A stretch of DNA of 26,438 nt. Source: Fidelibacterota bacterium (GTDB lineage Bacteria; Fidelibacterota; Marinisomatia; Marinisomatales; UBA2128). Under the pieces are notes generated by a model. It was not told the origin of the DNA. It saw only the letters and a program-made list of their open reading frames with translations, and searched no databases. The stretch covers positions 1 through 26,438 of the forward strand of contig JBHHUM010000028.1 of NCBI GenBank assembly GCA_046861645.1, written 5' to 3'. The position numbers and the translations under genes were made by a program. Shown here one piece after another: positions 7,608 through 19,000 of the stretch; the stretch's first letter is position 1, and each line of letters opens with the position of its first letter.

Positions 7608-10600
7608 ATGACCAAGAAATATTATTACATCATATTACTTCATTTTTTCTTATGTAATGTGATTCTTGCTGGTGTTACAGGAAAAATTGCGGGAAAGATC
7701 ACTGATGCTCAAACGGGAGTGTCCCTCATAGGTGTAAATGTTTTAGTTGAAGGTACAAGCGTTGGTGCTGCTACAGACGAGAATGGCAATTATGTCATCC
7801 TGAACATTCCTCCTGGTACGTACGTCTTACAGGCTACAATGATAGGTTACTCTAATTTAACTATCCAAAATGTACGTGTGGAGATTGATTTAACAACCAC
7901 AGTGGATATCCAGATGGAAACCAAAGTAATAAGAGGTGAATCCATTGTGGTTCAGGCTGAAAGGAAATTAGTAAGGGTTGACGTAGCTGCCAGCCAGAAA
8001 AGTGTCTCCTATAATGAAATTGTTGAATTACCAGTCAGTAGTGTTTCTGAAGTGATTGGTCTCCAGGCGGGTATTTCCGGATTTTCAATCCGTGGAGGTG
8101 GTACCGATGAAACCATGTACCTGGTAGACGGGGCAATTATGAACGATGAGCGAAGTAGTGAACCTACAACAGGTATACCTCTAAGTGCGATACAAGAGAT
8201 CTCCGTACAGACTGGTGGGTTTAATGCTGAATATCAAAACGTCAGATCGGGGATTGTAAACGTTGTAACGAAAGAGGGTAACCCTAAAAGTTACAGTGGT
8301 ACTATTTATATCCGGCACAGTCCAGCAGCTCAAAAGCATTTTGGTATTTCTCCCTATGATAAGAATTCATATTGGTTAAGGCCTTATTTCGATGATGACG
8401 TGGCTTGGTCAGGGACCGGAAATGGCGCATGGGATGAATATACTCAGAGACAATACCCAACATTCGAGGGGTGGAACAGGATATCGGAGACGACCCTTGC
8501 TGATGATGATCCTACCAACGACTTAACTCCCGCAGGTGCTCAAAAACTTTTCACCTGGGAGCATAGAAAGAATGGAGCTATCAGTGAACCAGACATTAAT
8601 ATTGATGCTGGTTTTGGGGGACCAGTTCCCTTTCTTTCCCAACATTTTGGTAATTTAAGATTTTATGCCTCTTTTCGTCAAGAACAGGATATGTATCTTT
8701 ATGCAGTTTCTCGTAAAGGAATATTAAACAGATCTTTTCTTTTAAAAATCACCTCTGACATTAGTGACAATAAGAAATTCACACTTACCCATTTGCAAAA
8801 TGAAGTCAAGGCAACAACCCTCTCCAGGGGAGGAGGTACTACCATTATGAGTTCTGTGTCAGATCTTGCTTCGCAAGTGAATAGTAGAGGTTTTACCATG
8901 CCCTGGCGACTTTTTACTAATGAATACTGGAGCCCAACCACGGTTAAGAATTCAATGACTTCTGCCAAGTATACTCACCAATTAAGCCAATCCACCTTTT
9001 ACGAAATATTGTTTAAGCACAGTTCAAATAGATATCATACTTGGCATGGTACCAGACGAGATACTTCTAAAGTGTATGAAGTGTTTACAGGATGGTTTGC
9101 TGATGAAGCTCCTGATGGATTTAAAGGTACACCCGAATTTAGTGTGGAAGGCAGATTAGCATTTGGTGGGGCAATTAGTACATCTCGCGACACCAGTAAA
9201 ATAAATACGTTTACATTAAGAGCTGACTTAACCAGTCAGGTAAATAACAATCATCAGATGAGAACCGGTTTTGAGTTCATATATAATAATCTACGTTTGG
9301 AGTTCGGTTCTCGAAATGAATTCTTGCCCGAGGGTAACTATTGGACATCTTTAGAACAGAATCCGTTCCGGGTTTCTTTATATGCTCAAGATAAGTTAGA
9401 GTATGTCGGGTTTATTTCTACTTTAGGATTGAACTTGGATTACGTAAATCCTAATGGAGATTGGTATAAGGTTGATGTATATGATGAGGACTTCTTTTCC
9501 AGTTCTTATTCGCCAGATAAAGAAGATGAATTTTCCAAAGAAAAGATTAATCCCAGTATTACTTTAAGTCCTCGTTTAGCTATCTCCCATCCCATCACAG
9601 AAAATTCCAAATTGTATTTTAACTATGGTCATTATCGTCAGATGCCTATAGCTCAGGATCTATATCGAATTCGCCGGGGAAATGCTAACGAAGTTATTAA
9701 CATGGGTGACCCCACCCTTCCTTTAGCAAAAACCGTTTCTTATGAATTGGGATATGACCACGCTATTATTGATATGTTCAGACTTCATCTTTCAGCATAT
9801 TACAAGGATATTTCTGATCAACAAGACTACACCAGGTATATTAGTGCGAATAGTAAAGTAATCTATAATCAGTTTACGGCAAATAGTTATGAAGATATAA
9901 GAGGATTTGAAGTGGAATTAGCTAAGGCCAGGGGCAAATGGCTGACAGGTTTTGTTAATTTTGAATATCGGGTTAATACTTCTGGCTATTTTGGAGTGGG
10001 AGTTTACTATGAGAACCCTTCAGAGCAACGGAATTATCTTCTTAAGAATCAACCACAACAAAAGCCTCGTCCAGTACCAAGAGTTAAGTCAGTCATAGAT
10101 ATTCATTCTCCCAATAATTTTGGTCCAAACATTCTTGGACAAAGACTCTTCGCAGACTGGCATTTGAATCTTGTTTCCATCTGGAGAGGGGGTAATTGGT
10201 TTACCTATAACCCCAATCATGTGGCCGGGATTGAATACAATGTTCGCTGGAAAGATTACTCCTCTGTAGATATTAAAGCATCAAAAACATTTAGTTTGGG
10301 AAGAATTAACCTCAAGTTATTCTTGGACATTTATAATCTTTTCAACCTGAAATACTTTTCAAGTTACGGATTTAGCGATGGGTATGATTGGGATTATTAC
10401 ATGCAGTCTCTCCATCTGCCCAGGAAAACTGGTGATAAATTAGGATATCATAACTTTGCAGGTGATGACCAGCCGGGTGATTATAGGAAAGATGGTGTCG
10501 AGTTTGTTCCCATGGAATGGGTTGCAAATATTGAAAACCTGAGTGATCCAAGTGAAAGGGCTATTTATTTTGATGCTGAGACAGAGGAATATTACCAGTA

Positions 10601-10754
10601 CGAAGTCACTCAGGGTTGGCACGAAGTGGATCAGAACTATTTTCAACAGGTTTTGGATGACAAGGCATACATAGATATGCCAAATCAATCCTTTTATGTT
10701 TTTCTTTTACCACGTGATATTTTCTTTGGTTTAAGCCTCTCGTACAGATTCTAA
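7608..10754 (+). CDS. TonB-dependent receptor 1 (N-terminal carboxypeptidase-regulatory-like domain, plug, beta-barrel)
   Basis: Signal peptide, then GVTGKIAGKITDAQTG..LIGVNVLVEGT..GAATDENGNY. Plug motifs IRGG..DETMYLVDG and GGFNAEYQNVRSGIVNVVTKEG. SPRLAISHPI, and a C-terminal aromatic residue (LSYRF). Confidence 0.93.
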   Translation: MTKKYYYIILLHFFLCNVILAGVTGKIAGKITDAQTGVSLIGVNVLVEGTSVGAATDENGNYVILNIPPGTYVLQATMIGYSNLTIQNVRVEIDLTTTVDIQMETKVIRGESIVVQAERKLVRVDVAASQKSVSYNEIVELPVSSVSEVIGLQAGISGFSIRGGGTDETMYLVDGAIMNDERSSEPTTGIPLSAIQEISVQTGGFNAEYQNVRSGIVNVVTKEGNPKSYSGTIYIRHSPAAQKHFGISPYDKNSYWLRPYFDDDVAWSGTGNGAWDEYTQRQYPTFEGWNRISETTLADDDPTNDLTPAGAQKLFTWEHRKNGAISEPDINIDAGFGGPVPFLSQHFGNLRFYASFRQEQDMYLYAVSRKGILNRSFLLKITSDISDNKKFTLTHLQNEVKATTLSRGGGTTIMSSVSDLASQVNSRGFTMPWRLFTNEYWSPTTVKNSMTSAKYTHQLSQSTFYEILFKHSSNRYHTWHGTRRDTSKVYEVFTGWFADEAPDGFKGTPEFSVEGRLAFGGAISTSRDTSKINTFTLRADLTSQVNNNHQMRTGFEFIYNNLRLEFGSRNEFLPEGNYWTSLEQNPFRVSLYAQDKLEYVGFISTLGLNLDYVNPNGDWYKVDVYDEDFFSSSYSPDKEDEFSKEKINPSITLSPRLAISHPITENSKLYFNYGHYRQMPIAQDLYRIRRGNANEVINMGDPTLPLAKTVSYELGYDHAIIDMFRLHLSAYYKDISDQQDYTRYISANSKVIYNQFTANSYEDIRGFEVELAKARGKWLTGFVNFEYRVNTSGYFGVGVYYENPSEQRNYLLKNQPQQKPRPVPRVKSVIDIHSPNNFGPNILGQRLFADWHLNLVSIWRGGNWFTYNPNHVAGIEYNVRWKDYSSVDIKASKTFSLGRINLKLFLDIYNLFNLKYFSSYGFSDGYDWDYYMQSLHLPRKTGDKLGYHNFAGDDQPGDYRKDGVEFVPMEWVANIENLSDPSERAIYFDAETEEYYQYEVTQGWHEVDQNYFQQVLDDKAYIDMPNQSFYVFLLPRDIFFGLSLSYRF

Positions 10755-10784
10755 AAAGGTAAATAGGAATGATACTAGATTAAT

Positions 10785-12911
10785 ATGAGTAGAAAAAACG
10801 AAATTAACTTAGGAACATTGAAGAATTATTCCATGGTGGTGATGATTTTATTTTTAGGGGGTTCAGCAGCTCAGGTTTATGCAGAGGAAACCAAATGGAT
10901 TGCGGTGGGGGATTTACACAACTGGTTCTCCGAAGCAGGATGTGAAATAGAAGTGGGTCGCACCGGTCAGATTAGAGATCAGCAAGATGGGTTACGCTGG
11001 CCAGCACAATATCCGGTTCAAGATAATCAAGCTGCCAAAGCCATGTGGATTGGGGCTACAAATTTTCAAGATCCTGTAGCAAATAAGACCTTTGACTACA
11101 AAGTTGTTCATGTGGGGCCTCGTTTCGTTGATGTACAAAATGAAACCATTCCAATGAAGTTTGAATTGTATGGACGCTTTGATCATCCGACTGTATTAGT
11201 AGATGGCGAGCCTGCCACTAACTTGCAGTATATGGATGAAGTAGATGTTGTCGATGAATTTATTCCTGCTGACAGAATGCTGGTAAGTGTTATGCAGACC
11301 TCAATGGGGATAGAAGTGACTCGAAAAATATATGCTTTTACCAACCAGTATCATCAGAATTATTTCATTTTTGATTATGTACTTAAGAATAACGGCATTT
11401 ATGATAAAGATGGCAATAAGTTTGAACAAACTTTGGAGGGTGTTAGAATATTTTTTCAATATCGTTATGCTATCTCTCGAGAGGGAGCTGTTTACGATGG
11501 TAATTGGTTGCCTCAGAGTGCTGCTTGGGGGCATAATACAATGAATGATGTTTTAGGAGAAAATCCCGATAGCCCTGCAGATAATGATCAATTTTACAGC
11601 GATGGTGAAATTATGCGCTGTCTTTATTCCTGGCATGGACTTCATTCACAGGCAAATTTCAACAATATCGGGGGACCCAATGTTAATGGAGATGGACATC
11701 TTGGTGCCTCGCAGTTTGTTGGGGTAGTCACGCTGCATGCTGATAAGTCAGCTTCTGATAAAACAGATGATCTTTACCAACCGACTACTACTTGGTATGT
11801 TGGATCAGATTACCCTATCACAGATGCTGGTAGCGACCAGTACAATGCACCCCGGATGACGAATGAATATGCTGCCATGGCTGCGGGTCACCCTACTCAG
11901 TCTCATGCTGAAGCAGTGTGTGAAGGAGATCCGGATCCAATGTGTTCGAATTATCCAGATCAATGGTCTGAACCTGGTATGCAAAATCCGGGAGGGTATT
12001 CTCAAGGGCAAGGATTTGGTCCTTATACCCTAGCCCCGGGAGACAGTATTCATATTGTCATGGCTGAAGGAGCTGCTGGATTAAGACGAGAAATGCACTA
12101 TGAAATTGGAGCCAATTGGATTAACGATACCCCGGGCTTACTACCCGATGGCTCAGAACCTGCTAACCGTGATGAATACAAAAATTATTGGGTTTTTACA
12201 GGGAAGGATTCTCTTATACAAACTTTTAAAAGGGCGAGAGATACTTACAATTCCAACTATGATATTCCCCTTCCACCCCCGCCACCAAGCCTATTTGAGG
12301 TTAACTCGGGAGGTGATCGAATTATCTTGTCTTGGGATAACAGTGCCGAGTCGTGGCCAGGATTTGAGGGCTACAAGATTTTTAGAGCAATTCATAAGCC
12401 CGATACCAGTTATGAGGAGATTTATGATGGTCCAGGAGGTATTAATTCTTTTGATGACGTAACTGCAATCAGAGGTTTTGATTATTACTATTATATAGTG
12501 AGTTATGATGATGGTACTGCTAACAACATTCAACCTGGAGTATCCCTTGTCAGTAGTAAATTTTACACCATGACTAATAAACCAGCGTCCCTGAAACGTC
12601 CCTCCGGGACAAGTCTGAAACAAATCCGGGTTGTACCTAATCCTTACAATATCAAGGCTAGGGATTTACAATATGGCGTTGGTGCTCCGGATCGAATTAT
12701 GTTCCTTGATATACCACCAATATGTACTATAAAAATATTTACTGAACGTGGAGACTTGGTGAATACCATTGAACATACTGATGGAAGTGGGGATGAAACC
12801 TGGAACTGCAATACATCTTACCGTCAAGTGGTAGTAAGTGGTCTCTATATTGCCCATTTTGAGACACCATCAGGTGAGAGTGCAATTAGAAAGTTCATCA
12901 TCATTAGATAA
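10785..12911 (+). CDS. Secreted TBDR-associated protein 1 with FN3-like domain and T9SS-CTD-like C-terminus; function unknown
   Basis: Signal peptide ending AQVYA-EE (the start may be a later Met). Pro-rich linker PLPPPPPS, FN3-like segment IILSWD..FEGYKIFR..YYYYIVSYD, and C-terminus IRVVPNPY..CTIKIFTERGDLV..SGLYIAHF..RKFIIIR. Confidence 0.85.
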   Translation: MSRKNEINLGTLKNYSMVVMILFLGGSAAQVYAEETKWIAVGDLHNWFSEAGCEIEVGRTGQIRDQQDGLRWPAQYPVQDNQAAKAMWIGATNFQDPVANKTFDYKVVHVGPRFVDVQNETIPMKFELYGRFDHPTVLVDGEPATNLQYMDEVDVVDEFIPADRMLVSVMQTSMGIEVTRKIYAFTNQYHQNYFIFDYVLKNNGIYDKDGNKFEQTLEGVRIFFQYRYAISREGAVYDGNWLPQSAAWGHNTMNDVLGENPDSPADNDQFYSDGEIMRCLYSWHGLHSQANFNNIGGPNVNGDGHLGASQFVGVVTLHADKSASDKTDDLYQPTTTWYVGSDYPITDAGSDQYNAPRMTNEYAAMAAGHPTQSHAEAVCEGDPDPMCSNYPDQWSEPGMQNPGGYSQGQGFGPYTLAPGDSIHIVMAEGAAGLRREMHYEIGANWINDTPGLLPDGSEPANRDEYKNYWVFTGKDSLIQTFKRARDTYNSNYDIPLPPPPPSLFEVNSGGDRIILSWDNSAESWPGFEGYKIFRAIHKPDTSYEEIYDGPGGINSFDDVTAIRGFDYYYYIVSYDDGTANNIQPGVSLVSSKFYTMTNKPASLKRPSGTSLKQIRVVPNPYNIKARDLQYGVGAPDRIMFLDIPPICTIKIFTERGDLVNTIEHTDGSGDETWNCNTSYRQVVVSGLYIAHFETPSGESAIRKFIIIR

Positions 12912-12923
12912 TGGGATCATAAT

Positions 12924-13613
12924 ATGAAACAATTAAAATTGATAATAATGCTAATGCTATTTCCCTTGGGGGTGGTACTTTTTCTCATTACCTGTCAAGA
13001 TTATGAAGATAAAGAGTATACCATTGCATCGCTCGATTTTAAGGGGTGTGAATATTTAACTCGTGATTTGATTCTTGTTGATACTTTGTACACCGAAGAA
13101 GGAGAAATTGATACCGTGCTCATCGATACTTTGTTCAAAAGTATCACTACGTCAGTATTAAGAGATCTTGTAGATACAACTTGGGCCAATTCAAGCGATT
13201 CAACAATTATCAGTTTATTCTTTGATTCATTGAGTACAAAAATGGATACATTAATCAGGGATACAACGTTAAAAGTAGACTTACCACTGGAAGTAGATAC
13301 GAGTTATGCTTTCTATTTTAATAGTAATATTAATATCGAATCTGAGCGTGTATTTTTTATTGGTGAATTTGTAGATATAGATATTATTGATAAGGATGGA
13401 GCTTCTGTGAACGTGGTGACAACCAACATACCATTAGAAACAATTGCAGGGTGCACGGAAATTGTGGAAGAGGGAGGGAGTGAAGAAGTTGTATCAGTTA
13501 TTAAAAGCCGTTATGCTTTTCAACTTAAAGAAACCGACTATTTGGTTCGCTTTGTAAAATCTGATGCTGCTGGGGATAAACCGTTTCTAGTTACAATACT
13601 GGTAGATGATTAA
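12924..13613 (+). CDS. Hypothetical lipoprotein, acidic and D-(S/T)-rich
   Basis: Hydrophobic leader with lipobox LITC (Cys24) followed by the acidic QDYEDKE. Sits within the operon. Confidence 0.8.
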   Translation: MKQLKLIIMLMLFPLGVVLFLITCQDYEDKEYTIASLDFKGCEYLTRDLILVDTLYTEEGEIDTVLIDTLFKSITTSVLRDLVDTTWANSSDSTIISLFFDSLSTKMDTLIRDTTLKVDLPLEVDTSYAFYFNSNINIESERVFFIGEFVDIDIIDKDGASVNVVTTNIPLETIAGCTEIVEEGGSEEVVSVIKSRYAFQLKETDYLVRFVKSDAAGDKPFLVTILVDD

Positions 13614-13685
13614 CATGAGTGTTCCATTCATACTAACCAACCCACTAATTTGTGAAGAGGATTCTCAATGTAGGGAAATACAATA

Positions 13686-14693
13686 ATGAATAAAAGCATG
13701 TCCATAATTGTGTTATTGTTTCTTCTTGTTGTTTTGCCCATTTCGGCTGTTCATGCTCAGGTAAAAATTGCACAGACAGGATTTCAATTTTTAAGTATTA
13801 TTCCAGATGCTCGCGCTGCAGCTATGGGTGAAGCCATGACTACTGTACAGGGCTATTCCAATTCAATGTTCTTTAATCCGGCAGCAATGGCTCGTATGAA
13901 TAATAGTTTTGATATAAATCTTAGCCAAAATAACTGGATCGCTGATATTAAACATGAAGCCATCAGTTTGGCTTTGAGTCCTTCGGAAGGGAAATATGGT
14001 GTTTTCGGATTCAGCCTACTCTCAGTGGATTATGGTAAAATACAGGGAACTATGGTGTGGGATAATCAACAGGGTTATATTGATACCGAGGTGTTTCAAC
14101 CTTCTGCCTTAGCTTTTGGTTTAGGTTATGCCAAAGCCCTATCAGACAGATTTTCTGTGGGAGGACATATTAAATCTACCTATCAATATCTTGGCAAAAG
14201 TGTTATCCCCACATCAGATACTACGAACACTGTTGATAAGAATTTTGCCAGTGCTGTAGCTTTTGATTTTGGTACGATCTATCTGACAGGATGGAAAGGA
14301 CTCGCCTTTGGCATGTCGGTTCGAAATTTCTCGGAAGAGATTAAATACCAGTCCGAAGGCTTTCAATTACCGTTGACTTTCAAGATTGGAATATCACTGG
14401 AAATGTCTGAGTGGATTAAAGCGTTACCTTCTACCCAGTCTTTTCTTTTATCTATTGATGCTACACATCCTCGTTCCTATACTGAACGTTTAAACGTGGG
14501 ATTAGAATACAAACCGATAAGTATTTTAGCTTTGCGAGCAGGATATCTGTACAATTATGATGAACGCAACTATACTGCTGGTTTCGGTCTTAAAAAAAAG
14601 ATGGGAGCTGGTTTACTTGGGATTGACTATGCCTATACTCCTTTTGGAGTTTTTGATAATGTACAGAGAATGTCGATTCAGTTAGCATTTTAG
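13686..14693 (+). CDS. PorV/PorQ family (UPF0164/FadL-like) outer-membrane beta-barrel protein
   Basis: Signal peptide (AVHA-Q), then TGFQFLSI..DARAAAMGEA and MFFNPAAMA. Amphipathic strands, LALRAGY, IDYAYTPFG, and a C-terminal Phe. Confidence 0.88.
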   Translation: MNKSMSIIVLLFLLVVLPISAVHAQVKIAQTGFQFLSIIPDARAAAMGEAMTTVQGYSNSMFFNPAAMARMNNSFDINLSQNNWIADIKHEAISLALSPSEGKYGVFGFSLLSVDYGKIQGTMVWDNQQGYIDTEVFQPSALAFGLGYAKALSDRFSVGGHIKSTYQYLGKSVIPTSDTTNTVDKNFASAVAFDFGTIYLTGWKGLAFGMSVRNFSEEIKYQSEGFQLPLTFKIGISLEMSEWIKALPSTQSFLLSIDATHPRSYTERLNVGLEYKPISILALRAGYLYNYDERNYTAGFGLKKKMGAGLLGIDYAYTPFGVFDNVQRMSIQLAF

Positions 14694-14736
14694 TTGTGTA
14701 TCGAATGAGAACAATTTTAGTAGGGGTGATAAAACT

Positions 14737-15963
14737 ATGATTGAAAAGGTAATAAACCCTCTCTTGAGAATAGTTATTCTTCTTTCCATTTTCAGTTGCG
14801 AAAATACTCAGTACCCCGACGATATATGGGATCCTGACGCTGAACCCTTACCCGATCCGGTGATAAGTAGTGTTTTACCAGCAGATAGTACTTATGCAGG
14901 TATAGGAATTGTCACTATTACTGGAGAAAACTTTTCAGAGACTTTAGAGGACAATATAGTTTTTTTCAATGGGATCAAGGGCACAGTATTAACCGCTACT
15001 ACAACCGAACTTGAAGTCCAAACACCTAATATCATTTCTGATTCTGTAATGATAAAGGTTGCAGTTTCGGGCGCCTTTCTGTTTGGTGTTTACGAAAACT
15101 ATTACAAGTTATATCCGGCAATGATTGAGTATGGTCCCTTTGATGATTATACTGACGTTTGGGCTCTGGACATTGACAAAGACGAAAACCTTTACGTTTC
15201 TGTTGGTTCTCCAGATAAGGAAATTTGGAAGGTTACTGCTAATCAGGATACAACAACTGTTTATGGTTCTACTATTGCTGACAAAGCATCAGGAATGAAA
15301 TTCGGACCAGATGGGAGTCTCTACTATGTGAATATTTTGTCATTCATGTTTATTATGCCTCCAGGTGGAGGGTCGGGTTATAGTTTAGTTTCTATTCCTG
15401 GAGGTGTAACCGATTTGGATTTTGATTCAAATGGTAATCTCTATCTAGGTGGATCAGGTAATGCTGTTTATACTTATATGACTGATGGAACAATTAAAAC
15501 ATCTGCGAATTACCCTGAAATTTATATTAAATCTATCAGGGTGTTTGATAATAATGTGTTTGTTGCTGGAGAATATCAAGGAAGTGATTCCACCGCAGTA
15601 CATTTTGGCATTTGGAAAAATGCTATCATCTCGGAATCAGGTGACTTAGACTCGGCAGAGTTGGTTTTTGACTGGGGAGATTATACTGAAGATGATGGCT
15701 CGGAAATACTGTGTATAACTTTTTCTAATGACGGGGACATTTTCATGGGGTCTGATCGTGAAGATGAGGCATTGACAATATATTATATGGACGAGGGCTA
15801 TGCTGAACCTTTTTATGAGACTATATTATCCGCCCCTATCAACTACTTAGCTTGGGGTAATGGAAATTACTTATATGCTACAAACCGAGTGGAAGGTGCC
15901 AAGCGAATCATCCGGATTGACACAGGAAGGGAGGGTGCACCATACTACGGTCGTCCCAATTAA
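14737..15963 (+). CDS. Lipoprotein with IPT/TIG domain and beta-propeller (SMP-30/NHL-like)
   Basis: GGGGTGA RBS and lipobox IFSC. IPT segment PVISSVLP..VTITGENFS..N.VFFNG..V..ATTTELEV..P. Propeller blades LDIDKDENLYV, MKFGPDGSLYY, LDFDSNGNLYL, ITFSNDGDIFM. Confidence 0.85.
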   Translation: MIEKVINPLLRIVILLSIFSCENTQYPDDIWDPDAEPLPDPVISSVLPADSTYAGIGIVTITGENFSETLEDNIVFFNGIKGTVLTATTTELEVQTPNIISDSVMIKVAVSGAFLFGVYENYYKLYPAMIEYGPFDDYTDVWALDIDKDENLYVSVGSPDKEIWKVTANQDTTTVYGSTIADKASGMKFGPDGSLYYVNILSFMFIMPPGGGSGYSLVSIPGGVTDLDFDSNGNLYLGGSGNAVYTYMTDGTIKTSANYPEIYIKSIRVFDNNVFVAGEYQGSDSTAVHFGIWKNAIISESGDLDSAELVFDWGDYTEDDGSEILCITFSNDGDIFMGSDREDEALTIYYMDEGYAEPFYETILSAPINYLAWGNGNYLYATNRVEGAKRIIRIDTGREGAPYYGRPN

Positions 15964-16023
15964 ATAGAAGAAATCTTATCTTCCAGAAATTTCATTCTCC
16001 ATTTTTACCAGAATAGAGTAATA

Positions 16024-19000
16024 TTGAATAAATCTTCAATATTCATCCTCTTTTTTCTTTGCTTTCAAATAGCCACTGCAGGGGTCACTGGTAAAATTGC
16101 TGGTCGTGTGACAGGAGATGCTGGTCAGGGGCTTCAAGGAGCCAATGTTATTCTGGAAGGAACATCTCTGGGAGTAGCTTCGGATGAAAATGGTTATTAT
16201 GCTGTGTTGAATGTTCCTCCCGGTCATTACACTTTAATAGTTACAATGATTGGCTATGCTAAAGTCACAGTCGAAAATGTTGTCGCTGTAATTGATATAA
16301 CAACTACGATCAATATAAAGTTAGAACCTGAAGCGCTTCACTTTGCTGAGATTACAGTCGAAGCGAAAAGACCTTTAGTAATTCCGGATATATCTGCCAG
16401 TCAACTGAATATTGGCTCTGGTCAGATAAATCGTCTTCCAATATCAAACGTCAATCAGGCCATTGGTCTTCAAGCCGGTATTGAGGGACTAACCATTCGT
16501 GGTGGTAGTCAAAGACAAACTGCCGTTATCATTGATGGTTTTCTGCTCAATGATGAGCGATCTAATAATCCTTACACATCAATTAGTTTAAACTCAATCA
16601 GTGAAATACAAGTCCAGACAGGGGGGTTCAATGCTGAATATGGAAATATCCGCTCAGGTGTTATAAATATAATAACTAAAGAGGGTGACAGAGATGCTTT
16701 TCGAGGAATATTGACTTTTAGGTATAGTCCTGCAGCTCCTAAACATTTTGGACGATCGATTTATGACCCCGACTCCTATTTCTTAAGACCATATTTAGAT
16801 GACGATGTTTGTTGGACAGGAACAACCAATGGAGCCTGGGATAGCTACACTCAAAGGCAGTATCCACAATTTGAAGGTTGGAATGCCATAGCGGAAGCTA
16901 CAACTAAAGACAATGATCCTAGTAATGATCTTACCCCGAGTGCAGCTCAACAAATTTTCAGATGGGAGCATCGTCTTGGCAGCGAAATAAAAAAACCTGA
17001 CTACTCATTGGATTTTGCCTTCGGAGGACCTGTACCTGTAATTGGGAATAGTATGGGGAATTTACGATTTCATTTTAGCCATCAGAGAGAAGAGGAGTCT
17101 TTTCTTTTCCCTTTATCCAGAGATACCTATTTGGAAGATATTTCTAAGATTAAGTTAACGTCTGATATTGGTTCAAAGTTAAAAGCTACCTTAATGAGCG
17201 AATATGGAGAAGTTCATTCTGTATCTCCTTATTTGTGGAAAACTACGCCCACTGGATCGGTTTTAAGGACTCCGTATGAACTTGGAAGCCTGATAAATAG
17301 TAGTAGTGGTAATGCAAAATTGTTCATGCCGGGCTATTACAGTCCTTCATCTATATATCGCACTATGGCTGGAGTGAAAATTAACCATTTGTTGAGTAGT
17401 ATAACCTTTTATGAATTGGTGATTCAGCATTTCGTAACTCATTATAGTACTTTTCAAATTGAGTCAAGAGATACAACCAGAACTAAAGAGGTTTTCCCGG
17501 GATATTATGTTAATGAAGCCCCTATTGGTTATTGGGGTTATAGTGTAACAGGGATAGATGGTATGATAATGGGTGGTTGGATGAACTTGGGCCGCGATAA
17601 AAGTGTAAACTCAACCACATTATTTCGATTCGATATAACCAGTCAACTGAACTTTCGTAATCAGGTAAAAGCGGGTGTGTCAATTGTGACGAACAACTTC
17701 AGAATTCGCTCATCTACGGTAAATCCAAGCATGACTACATGGAACCGGAGTCTGGTTTATGATGTGACACCTTTTAGGTTTGCTTCTTATTTACAAGATA
17801 AGGTGGAGTTCAAAGGCTTTATTGCTAATGTGGGTTTAAGAATTGAATATTCCTCGAGCAATGCTGATTTCTATGTGCTGGGTGATTATGATGATTATTA
17901 TAGTCAAGGTTTTGGTAATCTAATCGAAGAAGAAGTGCCAACTGAGAAATCTAAGGGGTTTCTCACAATAAGTCCTCGGTTGGGTATTTCCCATCCAATT
18001 ACGGAAAACTCCAAACTGTATTTTAACTATGGGCATTTCCAGTCAGAACCTGCCTCCTCTTATCGTTTCCGTTTGCAAAGAGAATCTAATGGACTGGTAA
18101 CTCACATTGGTGATCCTAATCTGTCCTTAGAGCGAACCATCGCCTATGAAGTAGGATATGCACAAAGTTTACTTAACGACTATTTATTGAACTTCTCTGT
18201 CTATTACAAGGATATTACAGATCAACCGGGTTGGATATATTATCAGAATGTCGATAACTCTGTACAATATCGTAAGGCTGCAAATAATAACTATGAAGAT
18301 ATTAGAGGACTAGAACTAACGATAAGTAAACCTTATGGTCGATGGGTAACCGGGTTTATTAATTACACTTATATGGTGAAAACATCGGGTTATTTTGGTT
18401 TGACAAAGTACTTTCAAGATCCCAATGAAATGCGTGATTATATTCGTATTAATCCTTACCAGTCCAAACCTAAACCCAGACCCTATCTCCGTATTAACTT
18501 GGATTTTCACTCCCCGCCAAATATTGGTCCCCTGTGGGCAGGAGTACGACCTTTAGCTAACTGGAATTTGAATATTATTGGCTCATACAAAGCGGGCTCT
18601 GATACTACCTACAATCCCAATGAGATTCCTGGTCTTATAGATAATGTTCAATGGAAGGACAAATATAATATTGACTTAAGGTTGACAAGATCATTCCCAG
18701 GAGATCATTATTCAATGGAGTTTTTTCTGGATATTGCTAATGCACTTAATACAAAATTTCTTAGCTTAACAGGTTTTTCTGATAACTTTGATTATCTGGA
18801 CTATATGGAGTCTCTTAATTTTTCCTGGGAGGAAGGAGAGGAGAAAGGTAATGATAAGGTGGGGGAATATCGTGACTGGAATGTACCTTATGATCCTTTA
18901 GAGCCAAATCCGGACAATGATCCCGAGATCGCTACCAGGAATGAAGAAAGAAAAAAGAAAAAATCCTACATCGATATGCCCAATCTGAGGGGTTTAACGT

